From the IMG/VR virus record IMGVR_UViG_3300045284_000036, positions 1-52,217 of that record: a DNA stretch of 52,217 nt. One strand, given 5' to 3'. Below the pieces are notes generated by a model. That model did not search any database and was not told the DNA's origin. It saw nothing but the letters and a program-made list of their open reading frames with translations. This document shows, one piece after another, positions 20,180 through 28,309 of this stretch; the first letter of the stretch is position 1, and each line of letters opens with the position of its first letter. The translations under genes and the position numbers were made by a program. This DNA is from a virus. Its lineage: Duplodnaviria; Caudoviricetes.

Positions 20180-20224
20180 GATGCTCCCCAATTAGAAATT
20201 ATCGCATACGTTATCGCGAAAGGA

Positions 20225-20665
20225 TTGTCAATGCCGATTGAGTGGACTGAAGCGATGTTTGAGATGTTGATAAATCTCGCCAACGATGAAGAGAATTTTA
20301 CTTACGATGTTATCGCAGTAAAAATGAGCGACACGTTCGGAGTGAATTTCACCAAAGGCAGCGTGATTGGTAAAGGCAGAAGATTGGGTATTCCACAGCG
20401 TCCACCGAAGTTGCGAAAGCCGAGAAAAGCAAGGACACTTGAAATGGGACCAATTCCACCACGCATTCCGCGCGCCAAGAAAGGCGAGCAAGTTACTATC
20501 TATCAATTGCGTGAGGGAATGTGTAAGTGGCCGTTTGGCTCTGATCCGCCGTACTTATACTGCGGGTGTCCCGTCAAGAATGCTGGTGGTTCTTGGTGCC
20601 CGGAACACCGCAAGATCGTTCATGGCAAAGTTATTTTCGACAGCGCCATCCCCCTTCGTGGTTGA
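20225..20665 (+). CDS. gcrA: GcrA-family cell cycle regulator homologue
   Basis: N-terminal WT...IA...TKGSVIGKGRRLG and C-terminal L...CKWPFG.P...YCG.P.....WCPEH signature. Confidence 0.88.
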   Translation: MSMPIEWTEAMFEMLINLANDEENFTYDVIAVKMSDTFGVNFTKGSVIGKGRRLGIPQRPPKLRKPRKARTLEMGPIPPRIPRAKKGEQVTIYQLREGMCKWPFGSDPPYLYCGCPVKNAGGSWCPEHRKIVHGKVIFDSAIPLRG

Positions 20666-20969
20666 CCTTGCGCATGCCGTGACGCTTGCAAGTATCTTTT
20701 GCAGGCGTTACGTCAGCCAGCTTGTCTAGTTCGTTCTTTTCATTTTTCGGGATGAATGGCACCGGGGTAATTTTTTCCGTAGGTACTGTCTTGGGTACGG
20801 TCACGTCGTAGGCATTCCATCCCACCATCGACTTGCCGTTAACTTCAAAGGCATGCATCAACGCCTGAAACTTGGCATCTTCGTCAGGTACTACCGGTGC
20901 TACCATCGCCAAGTCATTAGCCATAGCGCTGGTAGTCATCAACAATAAGAACAAGCCTACTTTTTTCAC
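20631..20969 (-). CDS. Putative exported protein
   Basis: Signal-peptide-like KKVGLFLLLMTTSAMA; C-terminal CKRHGMRKV...WRC; GTGA overlap with the primase stop. Confidence 0.6.
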   Translation of the reverse strand: MKKVGLFLLLMTTSAMANDLAMVAPVVPDEDAKFQALMHAFEVNGKSMVGWNAYDVTVPKTVPTEKITPVPFIPKNEKNELDKLADVTPAKDTCKRHGMRKVNHEGGWRCRK

Positions 20970-23284
20970 TGAGCCATCTCCCACGGCATTTTGAATGCAA
21001 ACGGATTTGTCTGCATTCTCGGTTGGCGCGTTTCATTCCAGTCATCACCAATCAACCAGACACTGTCAGAGTTGAACGTGGCGAGACCGCGTATCTTCAG
21101 GCTGTTCAGGCAGTCCTTGCCGTTGACAAAGCCTGCTTCGATTTCCCTGATCGCCACATCGGTCAGCATCATGTAGGTAGCTTCAGGCGGCGCGGTCTCT
21201 GGTGCATATTGCGCCTTGACTTCGGCGGTAGCTGGCGTCTTCGGGCAACCTCTTAGAACATCGATAACGCCTCTAATTCGCTCCCGATACGGAAGCCCCA
21301 CAGCCATGTACCAACCACGCGAAGGCTTGCTGACTTGGTTGTTAGCCATCAGCCGCCCAAGATAGGTTGCCACATTCTTTTCGGTGATGCTGGTACGTTT
21401 GGAAATATCGCCTGCGGTCAGGCAGCACGCAGCTGAACTCAACGCCAACAACACCGCACTAGCTTTAGTGCCTTCGTTTGGCGCGTACAGTTCCTGTACA
21501 GTTTGCGCGGGTTTCCACATTGGACTTCCACCTTCTTTAATCAGTTCGAATTCAAAATCAGCTATGTCGCGCATTCGGCTTTCGATTTTTACAATGTCGC
21601 CATCTCTGCCGATAATAATGCCGCCATCAGCTGCGCCAATGACGCCAAATGATCCGTTGATAGCGTCGATAGCGTCATCTACTTTGCCCTTTTTAACGTG
21701 ATGTACAACGATAATCAAGACGTTGTGTTCTATTGCCAGCTTCTGAATTGCGCCAACAACTTTGTAGTCAACCTGATAGGCATTATCGCTTCTGTCTTGC
21801 GTGCCACGAATACGTTGCAGCACGTCAACCACTACGAACTTGATGTATGGGAAACTGGTCAGATGCGCTTTGATATCATCCAGCAACGTGCCAGTGCCAT
21901 CAGAGTTGACATAAAAGGGACCATCCACCGAATAGCGAAGCCGCAGCCTGTCTTCAACGTTCAGACCAAACGGTCTCAAAATGCTAATGCGTTCCTTGAT
22001 GCGACGTTCGTTGTCTTCCAGCATGTACATCAGGACTTCGTTCTGTACGCATTGCTCGCCCCAGAACTTGCCGCCTTCGGCAATACACATTGCCAGTTCC
22101 AGCACAATCCAGCCTTTGCCGATTTTCGGCTTGCCTGCGAGCACGATGCAGCCGCTGTCAGTCAGGAACCGGTTGACCAGAAATTTAAGCGGCGGAAGGT
22201 TCTTCAGCATCAAGTCTTTGGAAGTCTGCGCGGGATGACCGCGACCGCTTGGCGGTGTCAGCGGGTTCCTTGCGCGCTCTACGGCGATACGCTGGCCTAA
22301 TCCCATTGAAGTACCCACGCCACGCGCGAAGTCCCTGCGGTCCCCTGCGCCAAGTGTTCCCGGTAACACCGCGAAAGCACTCTCGGCGGCTTGACCTATC
22401 TCAATCAGCAGCGGGTTAACGACAACGTCGAATTCAATCATTTCCCTTGAGACTTCACGCGCGGCATCAATCAGCATTGGTGCTTCGCCGCTTGCCTTAA
22501 TCAGTGCGCCATACTTGATGCCGAGATGATGCAGCTTGGTTCCGCGCCCTGAACCCGTTGGGCTGCGCTCCACATCAAAGAGCATGCTCTTTATGCTGTT
22601 GCGGAACTCCTGAAGATTGGCGGGGGTCAGCATGGCAATATCGGCGGCGCACAGCGGCACGGCAGAAAAAAGCATGCTTTTCTGGATTATGGGTATCCCG
22701 GCTGCGGCCAGCCCCGCTTCCATGGCGGCTTTCAACGTCATGGCTGGGACAACGGGCGGCATTTTTTCGAAAATGCTGGGGCCTTCGTGCCAGTATTCTG
22801 CCGGATCTGTCCCTAACGGAACCTTATTCTGGTATACACCGTCCCATACGATTTGCTTTCCCGCGCCAAGCAGCTGCACCGGTCCAAACTTCTCTTGCTT
22901 GATGATGCCCGGCTGCGTGAATACAAGCGTGGCGGGCCGCCTGCCCCAGCGCCATTGATCGCAAGTGAAGAAGGATTGCAGGGTACCAGCAAAAAGCATG
23001 CTTTTTGCGTGCTCGTTAATGTCGCAGTCCATGCCGCGCGCTTCGACCGGTCCCAGCGTCGGGTGGAACACCAGTCCACATTGGATGCCGACACCGGTAC
23101 AGGCGTCGGTATTGATGTGCTGCATTCTCGTTTCGAATGGCAACGTGTTCCATCCGGTGCCACCCATCGGTACCTTGCCCATAACGGGTACAGGGAGTAA
23201 CCCGTGGGTGCTTTGAAGACTGCGCGCCAGATTGAGCAATTCAATTTTTGTCACTGCAACGTTCTTCATGAGGCGGGAATTCAC
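20966..23284 (-). CDS. Primase-polymerase / RepA-like (AAA_25) helicase fusion
   Basis: N-terminal GKVP..W...GVGIQCG...DCD; Walker A AGKPKIGKG, Walker B VVVD, VHHVKK; C-terminal wHTH-like segment. Confidence 0.82.
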   Translation of the reverse strand: MNSRLMKNVAVTKIELLNLARSLQSTHGLLPVPVMGKVPMGGTGWNTLPFETRMQHINTDACTGVGIQCGLVFHPTLGPVEARGMDCDINEHAKSMLFAGTLQSFFTCDQWRWGRRPATLVFTQPGIIKQEKFGPVQLLGAGKQIVWDGVYQNKVPLGTDPAEYWHEGPSIFEKMPPVVPAMTLKAAMEAGLAAAGIPIIQKSMLFSAVPLCAADIAMLTPANLQEFRNSIKSMLFDVERSPTGSGRGTKLHHLGIKYGALIKASGEAPMLIDAAREVSREMIEFDVVVNPLLIEIGQAAESAFAVLPGTLGAGDRRDFARGVGTSMGLGQRIAVERARNPLTPPSGRGHPAQTSKDLMLKNLPPLKFLVNRFLTDSGCIVLAGKPKIGKGWIVLELAMCIAEGGKFWGEQCVQNEVLMYMLEDNERRIKERISILRPFGLNVEDRLRLRYSVDGPFYVNSDGTGTLLDDIKAHLTSFPYIKFVVVDVLQRIRGTQDRSDNAYQVDYKVVGAIQKLAIEHNVLIIVVHHVKKGKVDDAIDAINGSFGVIGAADGGIIIGRDGDIVKIESRMRDIADFEFELIKEGGSPMWKPAQTVQELYAPNEGTKASAVLLALSSAACCLTAGDISKRTSITEKNVATYLGRLMANNQVSKPSRGWYMAVGLPYRERIRGVIDVLRGCPKTPATAEVKAQYAPETAPPEATYMMLTDVAIREIEAGFVNGKDCLNSLKIRGLATFNSDSVWLIGDDWNETRQPRMQTNPFAFKMPWEMAQ

Positions 23285-23666
23285 TCTACTTCACTGAAAT
23301 AAAAAAGCATGCTTTTTCCTATTCGTCCGGTTCGATTTGTTCGTTGGTATCGTAGCGCTCTTTGATATCGCTGCGGTAGCGCGCCATCTTGCGCGCGTGG
23401 CATTTCGGACAAGTGTAGCAAAGGAAGATGCCGTAGCCGTCATACTGCGGCTCACCCGCACCCTTCACCATGCAATCACATTCGACCATCGTTTCTCTCC
23501 CTGAATAAAAGCATGCTTTTTTCGATAGCGCAATCATAATAAGCATGCTTTTTTCGATAACGCAATCCCTAAACAAAAAAGCATGCTTTTTCTTGTGGCG
23601 CTAGTGTCCCAAGGGGCAAAAAAGCATGCTTTTTCCTTTGTTGCAGAGCAAAAAAGCATGCTTTTT
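22577..23666. repeat. Nine dispersed copies of palindrome (A)AAAGCATGCTTT(T)
   Basis: Copies at 22577, 22668, 22989, 23302, 23507, 23541, 23576, 23619, 23651. Confidence 0.92.
23319..23489 (-). CDS. Small Cys-rich protein
   Basis: MVECDC...YDGYGIFLCYTCPKC; GGGAG SD. Confidence 0.65.
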   Translation of the reverse strand: MVECDCMVKGAGEPQYDGYGIFLCYTCPKCHARKMARYRSDIKERYDTNEQIEPDE

Positions 23667-23732
23667 CTTCTTTCCCCAGCCGCCCGGCGCGATGCTGCAC
23701 TGCACCACGCGGCGCTGCACCGCACAATCGGC

Positions 23733-23873
23733 TGGTATACAGTATACCAAGATCGGTGGTATACAGTATACCAGATACCACGGGCTGTGGTATACAGTAT
23801 ACCAGATGCCACCATTCGTGGTATACAGTATACCAGATACCATCGTTCATGGCATTTGGTATACAGTATACCA
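23733..23873. repeat. Array of five 17-bp palindromes TGGTATACAGTATACCA
   Basis: Exact copies at 23733, 23757, 23788, 23819, 23857. Confidence 0.95.
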
Positions 23874-23920
23874 GCAGCCGGTTCCAATGCCCGATAAGTG
23901 GAATTGGAACCATATGCCCG

Positions 23921-24109
23921 TTAACGTTCTTTTTCCTTTTCCCGTGCTAAGTAGTCGAGCGGGTTTGCATTAGCAAACGTGACCGTTGCTAAGTCACGTT
24001 CATTGAGCCGGAACAGCAATCCGGTTAAGTCAATCTGGTCTGGATAGAGCGGACCTTTGATTGCGCTGCGACCGTCCATGTAGTCGAGTGTAATCCATAC
24101 GGCAGGCAT
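23921..24109 (-). CDS. Hypothetical protein
   Basis: 62-aa ORF, last in the small-gene cluster. Confidence 0.55.
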   Translation of the reverse strand: MPAVWITLDYMDGRSAIKGPLYPDQIDLTGLLFRLNERDLATVTFANANPLDYLAREKEKER

Positions 24110-24111
24110 CT

Positions 24112-24249
24112 TTAACCCTTTCGTTCGCGGTCTAGTTCACAGCGGTACAGATACTCGATTGCAGCCACTAGCGCGGCTTGCACTTGTGCTGGCGTCTTGG
24201 CTGCCTTGGCATCGTCTAATAGCTTGGCAAGCTGCAATAGCGGTCTCAT
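24112..24249 (-). CDS. 45-aa hypothetical protein MRPLLQLAKLLDD... (not in ORF track)
   Basis: Read by eye; ATG at 24249, TAA at 24112-24114; amphipathic helix. Confidence 0.5.
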   Translation of the reverse strand: MRPLLQLAKLLDDAKAAKTPAQVQAALVAAIEYLYRCELDRERKG

Positions 24250-24384
24250 ATCTGGCTGCCTGTTCGTTATTCGTGGGACCGTGCTAGGTAGGTACCCTAA
24301 CCCGGAAGGCCATTGCTTGGCCTTCCTACGCCTTCAAGCCCGGACCTTGTTTCCAAGGCCGGGCTATCGGGCTATGTGGGACCG

Positions 24385-24747
24385 TTACCGGTCTAGCTTG
24401 TCCTCATGCTCATACTCTTCGCTGTCCTCATCAGACGGCCAATGGAATGTCTCATCCCTATCATTCCATTCCATGCCAACCGGGACTAACCACAAATCGC
24501 CGTCTTGGTGCAGGCGGTACTGAACGCCGTTTTCATCCGTCACGGTCGCATCCTCGCAAACGTTTTGCCACGCGTCCCAATAGCATTCATTATCATCAGG
24601 ACCGTTTTCAAGATGTGTCCAATCCTGAACGCGAACGCCTTTGACGTGCTTGTCCCGGTCAACAAACGAGTTTGCGAAATCGCGCGGGATGTAAACGCCG
24701 CGACTATCGGACAGCCATAACAGGGTATCGGGTTTCGTTTTAATCAT
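24385..24747 (-). CDS. Acidic hypothetical protein
   Basis: 120 aa; SDSRGVYIPRDFA...YWDAW...L.QDGDLW. Confidence 0.75.
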   Translation of the reverse strand: MIKTKPDTLLWLSDSRGVYIPRDFANSFVDRDKHVKGVRVQDWTHLENGPDDNECYWDAWQNVCEDATVTDENGVQYRLHQDGDLWLVPVGMEWNDRDETFHWPSDEDSEEYEHEDKLDR

Positions 24748-24959
24748 TGGAAAATATCCTTCATAGCGGTTTCAATGTGCTGGTCGTTGTAGTTGCGATA
24801 GAGTTCAATCAAGTTAACGCGGCCCTTTTGCCGCGCCATGTGCAGAACGTTCCAGCGTTCGTAATTGCTGCCGATTTGGCTAGGCTGAATGTTGAATTCC
24901 GCTAGCGTATCAAGCAACCCGGTTCGCAGTGTTTCGTAGTCAGCCTTTTTCATTTTCAT
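24744..24959 (-). CDS. Hypothetical protein (start MKMKKADY)
   Basis: GGAG SD; ND.HIETA C-terminal motif. Confidence 0.65.
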   Translation of the reverse strand: MKMKKADYETLRTGLLDTLAEFNIQPSQIGSNYERWNVLHMARQKGRVNLIELYRNYNDQHIETAMKDIFQ

Positions 24960-25362
24960 TGGTTTGCTCCATTGTGAAAAAGGGTTTCGGGTTTCCAGCG
25001 TCAACATGCATGGTCCAATAATGACCGCGTGCCGTTACCTTGCCGTCGTCGGAATATTCGCAAGCGCCGATGCCGTTGCGCTCGTAATAGTCCGCGCGCT
25101 TGCTATGCGTCGAGTAAAACGTTCCAGCATAGAAACCACCATGAACAAGGCTATAGCGGTACAGATTATCAGTCAGGCATTTTTGATAGCCTCTGACAAA
25201 TTCACGCGTCCATCCGGGACAACGGTCTAGTGTTGTCAGGATATCGCAAAAGCGCGAGTTGATATTGGCTGATGACATGCCGAAGCTTTCCGCGCGGCTG
25301 TACAAATCGCGCAATGATGAAACCGCGCTATCCCGTTTCCTAAGTGCAAGTGATATGTCCAT
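24940..25362 (-). CDS. Hypothetical protein
   Basis: 140 aa; AAGGA SD immediately after hairpin element 2. Confidence 0.7.
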   Translation of the reverse strand: MDISLALRKRDSAVSSLRDLYSRAESFGMSSANINSRFCDILTTLDRCPGWTREFVRGYQKCLTDNLYRYSLVHGGFYAGTFYSTHSKRADYYERNGIGACEYSDDGKVTARGHYWTMHVDAGNPKPFFTMEQTNENEKG

Positions 25363-25447
25363 TGCTTTTCCTTTCAGGGCTTATTCCCTACGCCTTCAAG
25401 CCCGGTAATGCTTTCGCATGCCGGGCTTAAACGCGATTTGAAAGAGG

Positions 25448-25720
25448 CTAGCTATAGCGGCCCTTTTGCATGTGTATCCATTCCGACAAATCATTGCGTG
25501 CGCGTTCAATATCTTTTTTGCCGGAATATTTCGCACCAGTGATGCTGCTAGCCTTGTCGAGCGCGAGTTTAAGGCTTGTCCATGTCCTATGAGGTTTGAT
25601 GCCGACAGCCATTAAGCCAAGCCCGGATCTAAGCGCGGCTGCATTGAATACTGCGACAGCATCGCCACTAAACGAGCGCGCGTTTCCGTTTTCGTCATAA
25701 GTGATTTTGTTCTCTTGCAT
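25448..25720 (-). CDS. Hypothetical protein
   Basis: 90 aa; stop just before hairpin element 2. Confidence 0.7.
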   Translation of the reverse strand: MQENKITYDENGNARSFSGDAVAVFNAAALRSGLGLMAVGIKPHRTWTSLKLALDKASSITGAKYSGKKDIERARNDLSEWIHMQKGRYS

Positions 25721-25724
25721 GATG

Positions 25725-25928
25725 CTAGCCTTTCGATGGTTTGAGGATATAGGCGAACCGGTATGCTTCCGGGTTATTCTCTTTCAGATTGCGCATATAA
25801 ACGTCAGCTAGCGCTTTCGTGCTAGCGGCATAGATCCAACGCATTTGGTTTGGTGGATCTATCACAACGTTCCACGTTGTGGCGCTGTATAGCGGCGTTT
25901 TGCTTTTGGATTGATGCCACGTTGCCAT
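25725..25928 (-). CDS. Hypothetical protein
   Basis: 67 aa, tightly packed; GAGG SD. Confidence 0.65.
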   Translation of the reverse strand: MATWHQSKSKTPLYSATTWNVVIDPPNQMRWIYAASTKALADVYMRNLKENNPEAYRFAYILKPSKG

Positions 25929-25931
25929 GGT

Positions 25932-26201
25932 CTAAGCCTCTTCCTTCAAACGACGGTAACGACGAATAGGTGATGATCCGTTGTAATGTTCGCAACGAAT
26001 AGTCGGCTCGCCATACATGGCTTGAAACGCGTTCAAAAACTTTCCAGCGTCGCAATCCTCTTCTAAATATAAATCGTCATTCTTGCGATACGAATACCGG
26101 CTGAAATCATTGATGTGGAAACGCAGCATGGTGATTTCAGCAATGGTGACGCGCAACCAACCATGACCGTTGTCAGTGTGCAGTGTGAAAACTTTTCGCA
26201 T
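25932..26201 (-). CDS. Hypothetical protein (start MRKVFTLHTDNGHGWL)
   Basis: AGGA SD after hairpin element 3; D.GHGWL...SRYSY...YLEEDCD motif. Confidence 0.75.
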   Translation of the reverse strand: MRKVFTLHTDNGHGWLRVTIAEITMLRFHINDFSRYSYRKNDDLYLEEDCDAGKFLNAFQAMYGEPTIRCEHYNGSSPIRRYRRLKEEA

Positions 26202-26289
26202 TGTGTGGTTTCCTATGCCGGGACTATTCCCTACGCCTTCAAGCCCGGTAATGCTTTCGCATGCCGGGCTTGGGATTGTTTGGCTAGGC

Positions 26290-27171
26290 TTAGGCCCATC
26301 CAAACTTTTCAGCGCATATCGGACCAATGCCGCGAAGCTTCCATGCTGACTTTAGAGTGGCGTTGCAAATGCAGCATGTGCCGGTGGTTTGGCCGTACAC
26401 TTTCGCGGCTTGTTCTGGATCTGCAACGAAGGCTTGAACCTTGGCAGTATCAGCGGGCGTACAAGCCGCAACGGCATGAAAGCGACCGTTTGCAATCTTG
26501 CCTAGATACTCGGTCCCGGCTTTCACATAGAGCGCACCGGGATTTGCGCTATGCGCTTTGGCCGGGCTGATTGTCATGCCGTCAATTGTGATACGCGGCG
26601 AAAGCTTCAAGCCCTTTGCAGCGCTATACGCTACCGCCTGATCGAACGAAGCTTTCAGCCGGTCAATCCCTGCCTGATCCACAGCGGGCTTATCAGCGGG
26701 CTTGGCAACCCTTGCAGCGTCCCGTTCAATGCCGCGCTGAACAAGCAGCATTTGCTTTTCGGTCAGCGAACCATATTGCTGCAAGCCCGCCAGCAATGAC
26801 GCGGCCACATCCCAACGTGCAGCGGTCTTTTCCAGCCAAGCATATTCAGCCGGGTTGGCATCTTTCCAGATTTGAACGAAACCGGCTTTCATATCAGCCC
26901 GCCTTTCTGTTGCTTTTTCTCTGTTCTGTTCACGGGTTGCGGCTGACGTTTTGAACGTCTTGGAACCTTTACCCTTGCAAGCAAAGCATTCACCCAAGAC
27001 GCGGCCAGACCACGAGGTAAAACGTCCCGTTCCGTTGCACTTGCTGCAACCTTCTTCAAAGCGCTGAACGGCTGATTTGTAGACCGGGATTGCGCGAACC
27101 GGAACGAAAGGTTCAGCGGGACCGGTATCACCGGCGAATAATGCGTCTAGGCTATCATTTAGATCAGACAT
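26290..27171 (-). CDS. Zinc-finger protein with DUF6011-like C-terminus
   Basis: CSKCNGTG/CFACKGKG DnaJ-type repeats; C-terminal CCICNATL...GIGPICA. Confidence 0.8.
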   Translation of the reverse strand: MSDLNDSLDALFAGDTGPAEPFVPVRAIPVYKSAVQRFEEGCSKCNGTGRFTSWSGRVLGECFACKGKGSKTFKTSAATREQNREKATERRADMKAGFVQIWKDANPAEYAWLEKTAARWDVAASLLAGLQQYGSLTEKQMLLVQRGIERDAARVAKPADKPAVDQAGIDRLKASFDQAVAYSAAKGLKLSPRITIDGMTISPAKAHSANPGALYVKAGTEYLGKIANGRFHAVAACTPADTAKVQAFVADPEQAAKVYGQTTGTCCICNATLKSAWKLRGIGPICAEKFGWA

Positions 27172-27200
27172 TGGTTTCCCCTAAAGGTTATGGCCCTAAC

Positions 27201-27236
27201 CCGATAACGTTATCGGATTAGAGCCAAAACTGTCAA
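27201..27236 (-). promoter_or_regulatory. Promoter TTGACA-N16-GATAAC overlapped by perfect palindrome CCGATAACGTTATCGG
   Basis: -35 at 27231-27236; palindrome at 27201-27216. Confidence 0.7.
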
Positions 27237-27328
27237 CCGATAATTGCGGCTATCCCGAACGCCATGGTCGAAATGAACAGGATTAAGACGGCAGCCGATA
27301 GCCAGTCTGCAACGGTATCATCGGTCAT
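27233..27328 (-). CDS. 31-aa single-TM peptide
   Basis: MTDDTVADWLSAAVLILFISTMAFGIAAIIG; GAGG SD. Confidence 0.45.
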   Translation of the reverse strand: MTDDTVADWLSAAVLILFISTMAFGIAAIIG

Positions 27329-27545
27329 GGTTGCAAGCCTCAATGAACCGGTCAGCATTAAACTTGCCATTGGACCGTTTGCAGGCAGCCACAAACGAAT
27401 TAATGACCGATTGCCATTGTGCCATTTTGTTAGCATCCCAATGTGGAGCGGGCTTGCTGTCAGCCATAACCGCTGCAATGAAACAGAAATGACGATGTTG
27501 CAATTCCGGCGTTTTATTCATGGTTGATTTGTCGCGTCCGTTCAT
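27318..27545 (-). CDS. Hypothetical protein
   Basis: GAGG SD after hairpin element 4; HF.FIA...N.KFNADRFIEAC motif. Confidence 0.7.
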   Translation of the reverse strand: MNGRDKSTMNKTPELQHRHFCFIAAVMADSKPAPHWDANKMAQWQSVINSFVAACKRSNGKFNADRFIEACNHDR

Positions 27546-27637
27546 GGTACCTCGCAAAGTTAAGAGGCAGGATTGCCTCTAATGCTTCAAGCCCGGTAAT
27601 GCTTTCGCATGCCGGGCTTGATAGCGTGTTGACCGGT

Positions 27638-27961
27638 CTATGCGGCGGTCAACCTATCCTCAAAATTTTCCAGCATATCGCGGGCGTGTGCTAGCGCGTG
27701 GCTCAATGCATCCTCGCGCAATGTGAGAACGGCGCGGTCTTTACGACCGTTGAAAAACACGCGGTTATCCCGTCCCGATACGACGGTAGCCAAATCGACA
27801 GCGACAGCATGACAAACGTCGTTGTTGACCTTGACGGCCAGATGATATTCCGGCCAAACGAAAACATAGCCATAGGTGCGGCTATTGCGTTCAGCGGTTA
27901 GCGCGGTTTCAAGCTTGGCAACGTTAGAGCGCAACACGCGCAAAAATTGGTTCTTATCCAT
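27638..27961 (-). CDS. Hypothetical protein
   Basis: 107 aa, between hairpin elements 5 and 4. Confidence 0.7.
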   Translation of the reverse strand: MDKNQFLRVLRSNVAKLETALTAERNSRTYGYVFVWPEYHLAVKVNNDVCHAVAVDLATVVSGRDNRVFFNGRKDRAVLTLREDALSHALAHARDMLENFEDRLTAA

Positions 27962-28059
27962 TTGTTTATTCCCCTATGGGACCGGCTTGATTGCCTCTCC
28001 TACGCCTTCAAGCCCGGATCATGTTTCCATGACCGGGCTATATTGGGCTGTAAATGCGT

Positions 28060-28248
28060 TTACCTATGACGCTTCCACTTGTGCGCAGTTTCGGAATAGC
28101 GCGCCACTCGCGCTAGGTTGCTTTCCAAATGAGTGGCGATTTCATCGTCAGAGAGAAACCCGCAAAATGTCATAATGTCTTGATTGCAGCATGCGGGATG
28201 ATTTTGGACTTGAGCAACGGCAGCAATCAGATCAGCGCGGCGGGACAT
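28060..28248 (-). CDS. Hypothetical protein, first gene of the leftward small-gene cluster
   Basis: GGAGG SD; preceded by palindrome CGATAGCGTTATCG at 28295-28308. Confidence 0.7.
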   Translation of the reverse strand: MSRRADLIAAVAQVQNHPACCNQDIMTFCGFLSDDEIATHLESNLARVARYSETAHKWKRHR

Positions 28249-28309
28249 AGGGCAAAGCCTCCAAATCGGGTTAAGATGACATATCTAACCATGCCGATAG
28301 CGTTATCGT

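Larger units (their letters stand above)
24304..28039 (-). repeat. Five copies of an intergenic two-hairpin element (AGCCCGG-stem-GAAA-stem-CCGGGCT-TGAAGGCGTAGG-hairpin)
   Basis: Copies at ~24304-24365, 25376-25428, 26220-26271, 27563-27621, 27984-28039; copies 2 and 3 share 47 identical bp. Confidence 0.92.

Noticed and set aside
23733-23873. CRISPR array interpretation of the palindrome arrays
   Set aside because: Repeats are 17 bp with 7-21 bp spacers that are themselves partly repetitive; no cas operon (the Cas4-like gene is a usual phage replication nuclease).
23534-23973. ORFs with repeated WYTVYQ / GIQYT / LVYCIP peptides (also 29735-30229)
   Set aside because: They are translations of the palindromic DNA repeats, open in several frames on both strands, without SD support.
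24304-28039. Hairpin elements as intrinsic terminators, RpoH promoters, CsrA sites or integron attC sites
   Set aside because: No U-tract; CTTGAA has no conserved -10 at proper spacing; GGA loop in only two copies; no integron integrase or RYYYAAC/GTTRRRY ends.
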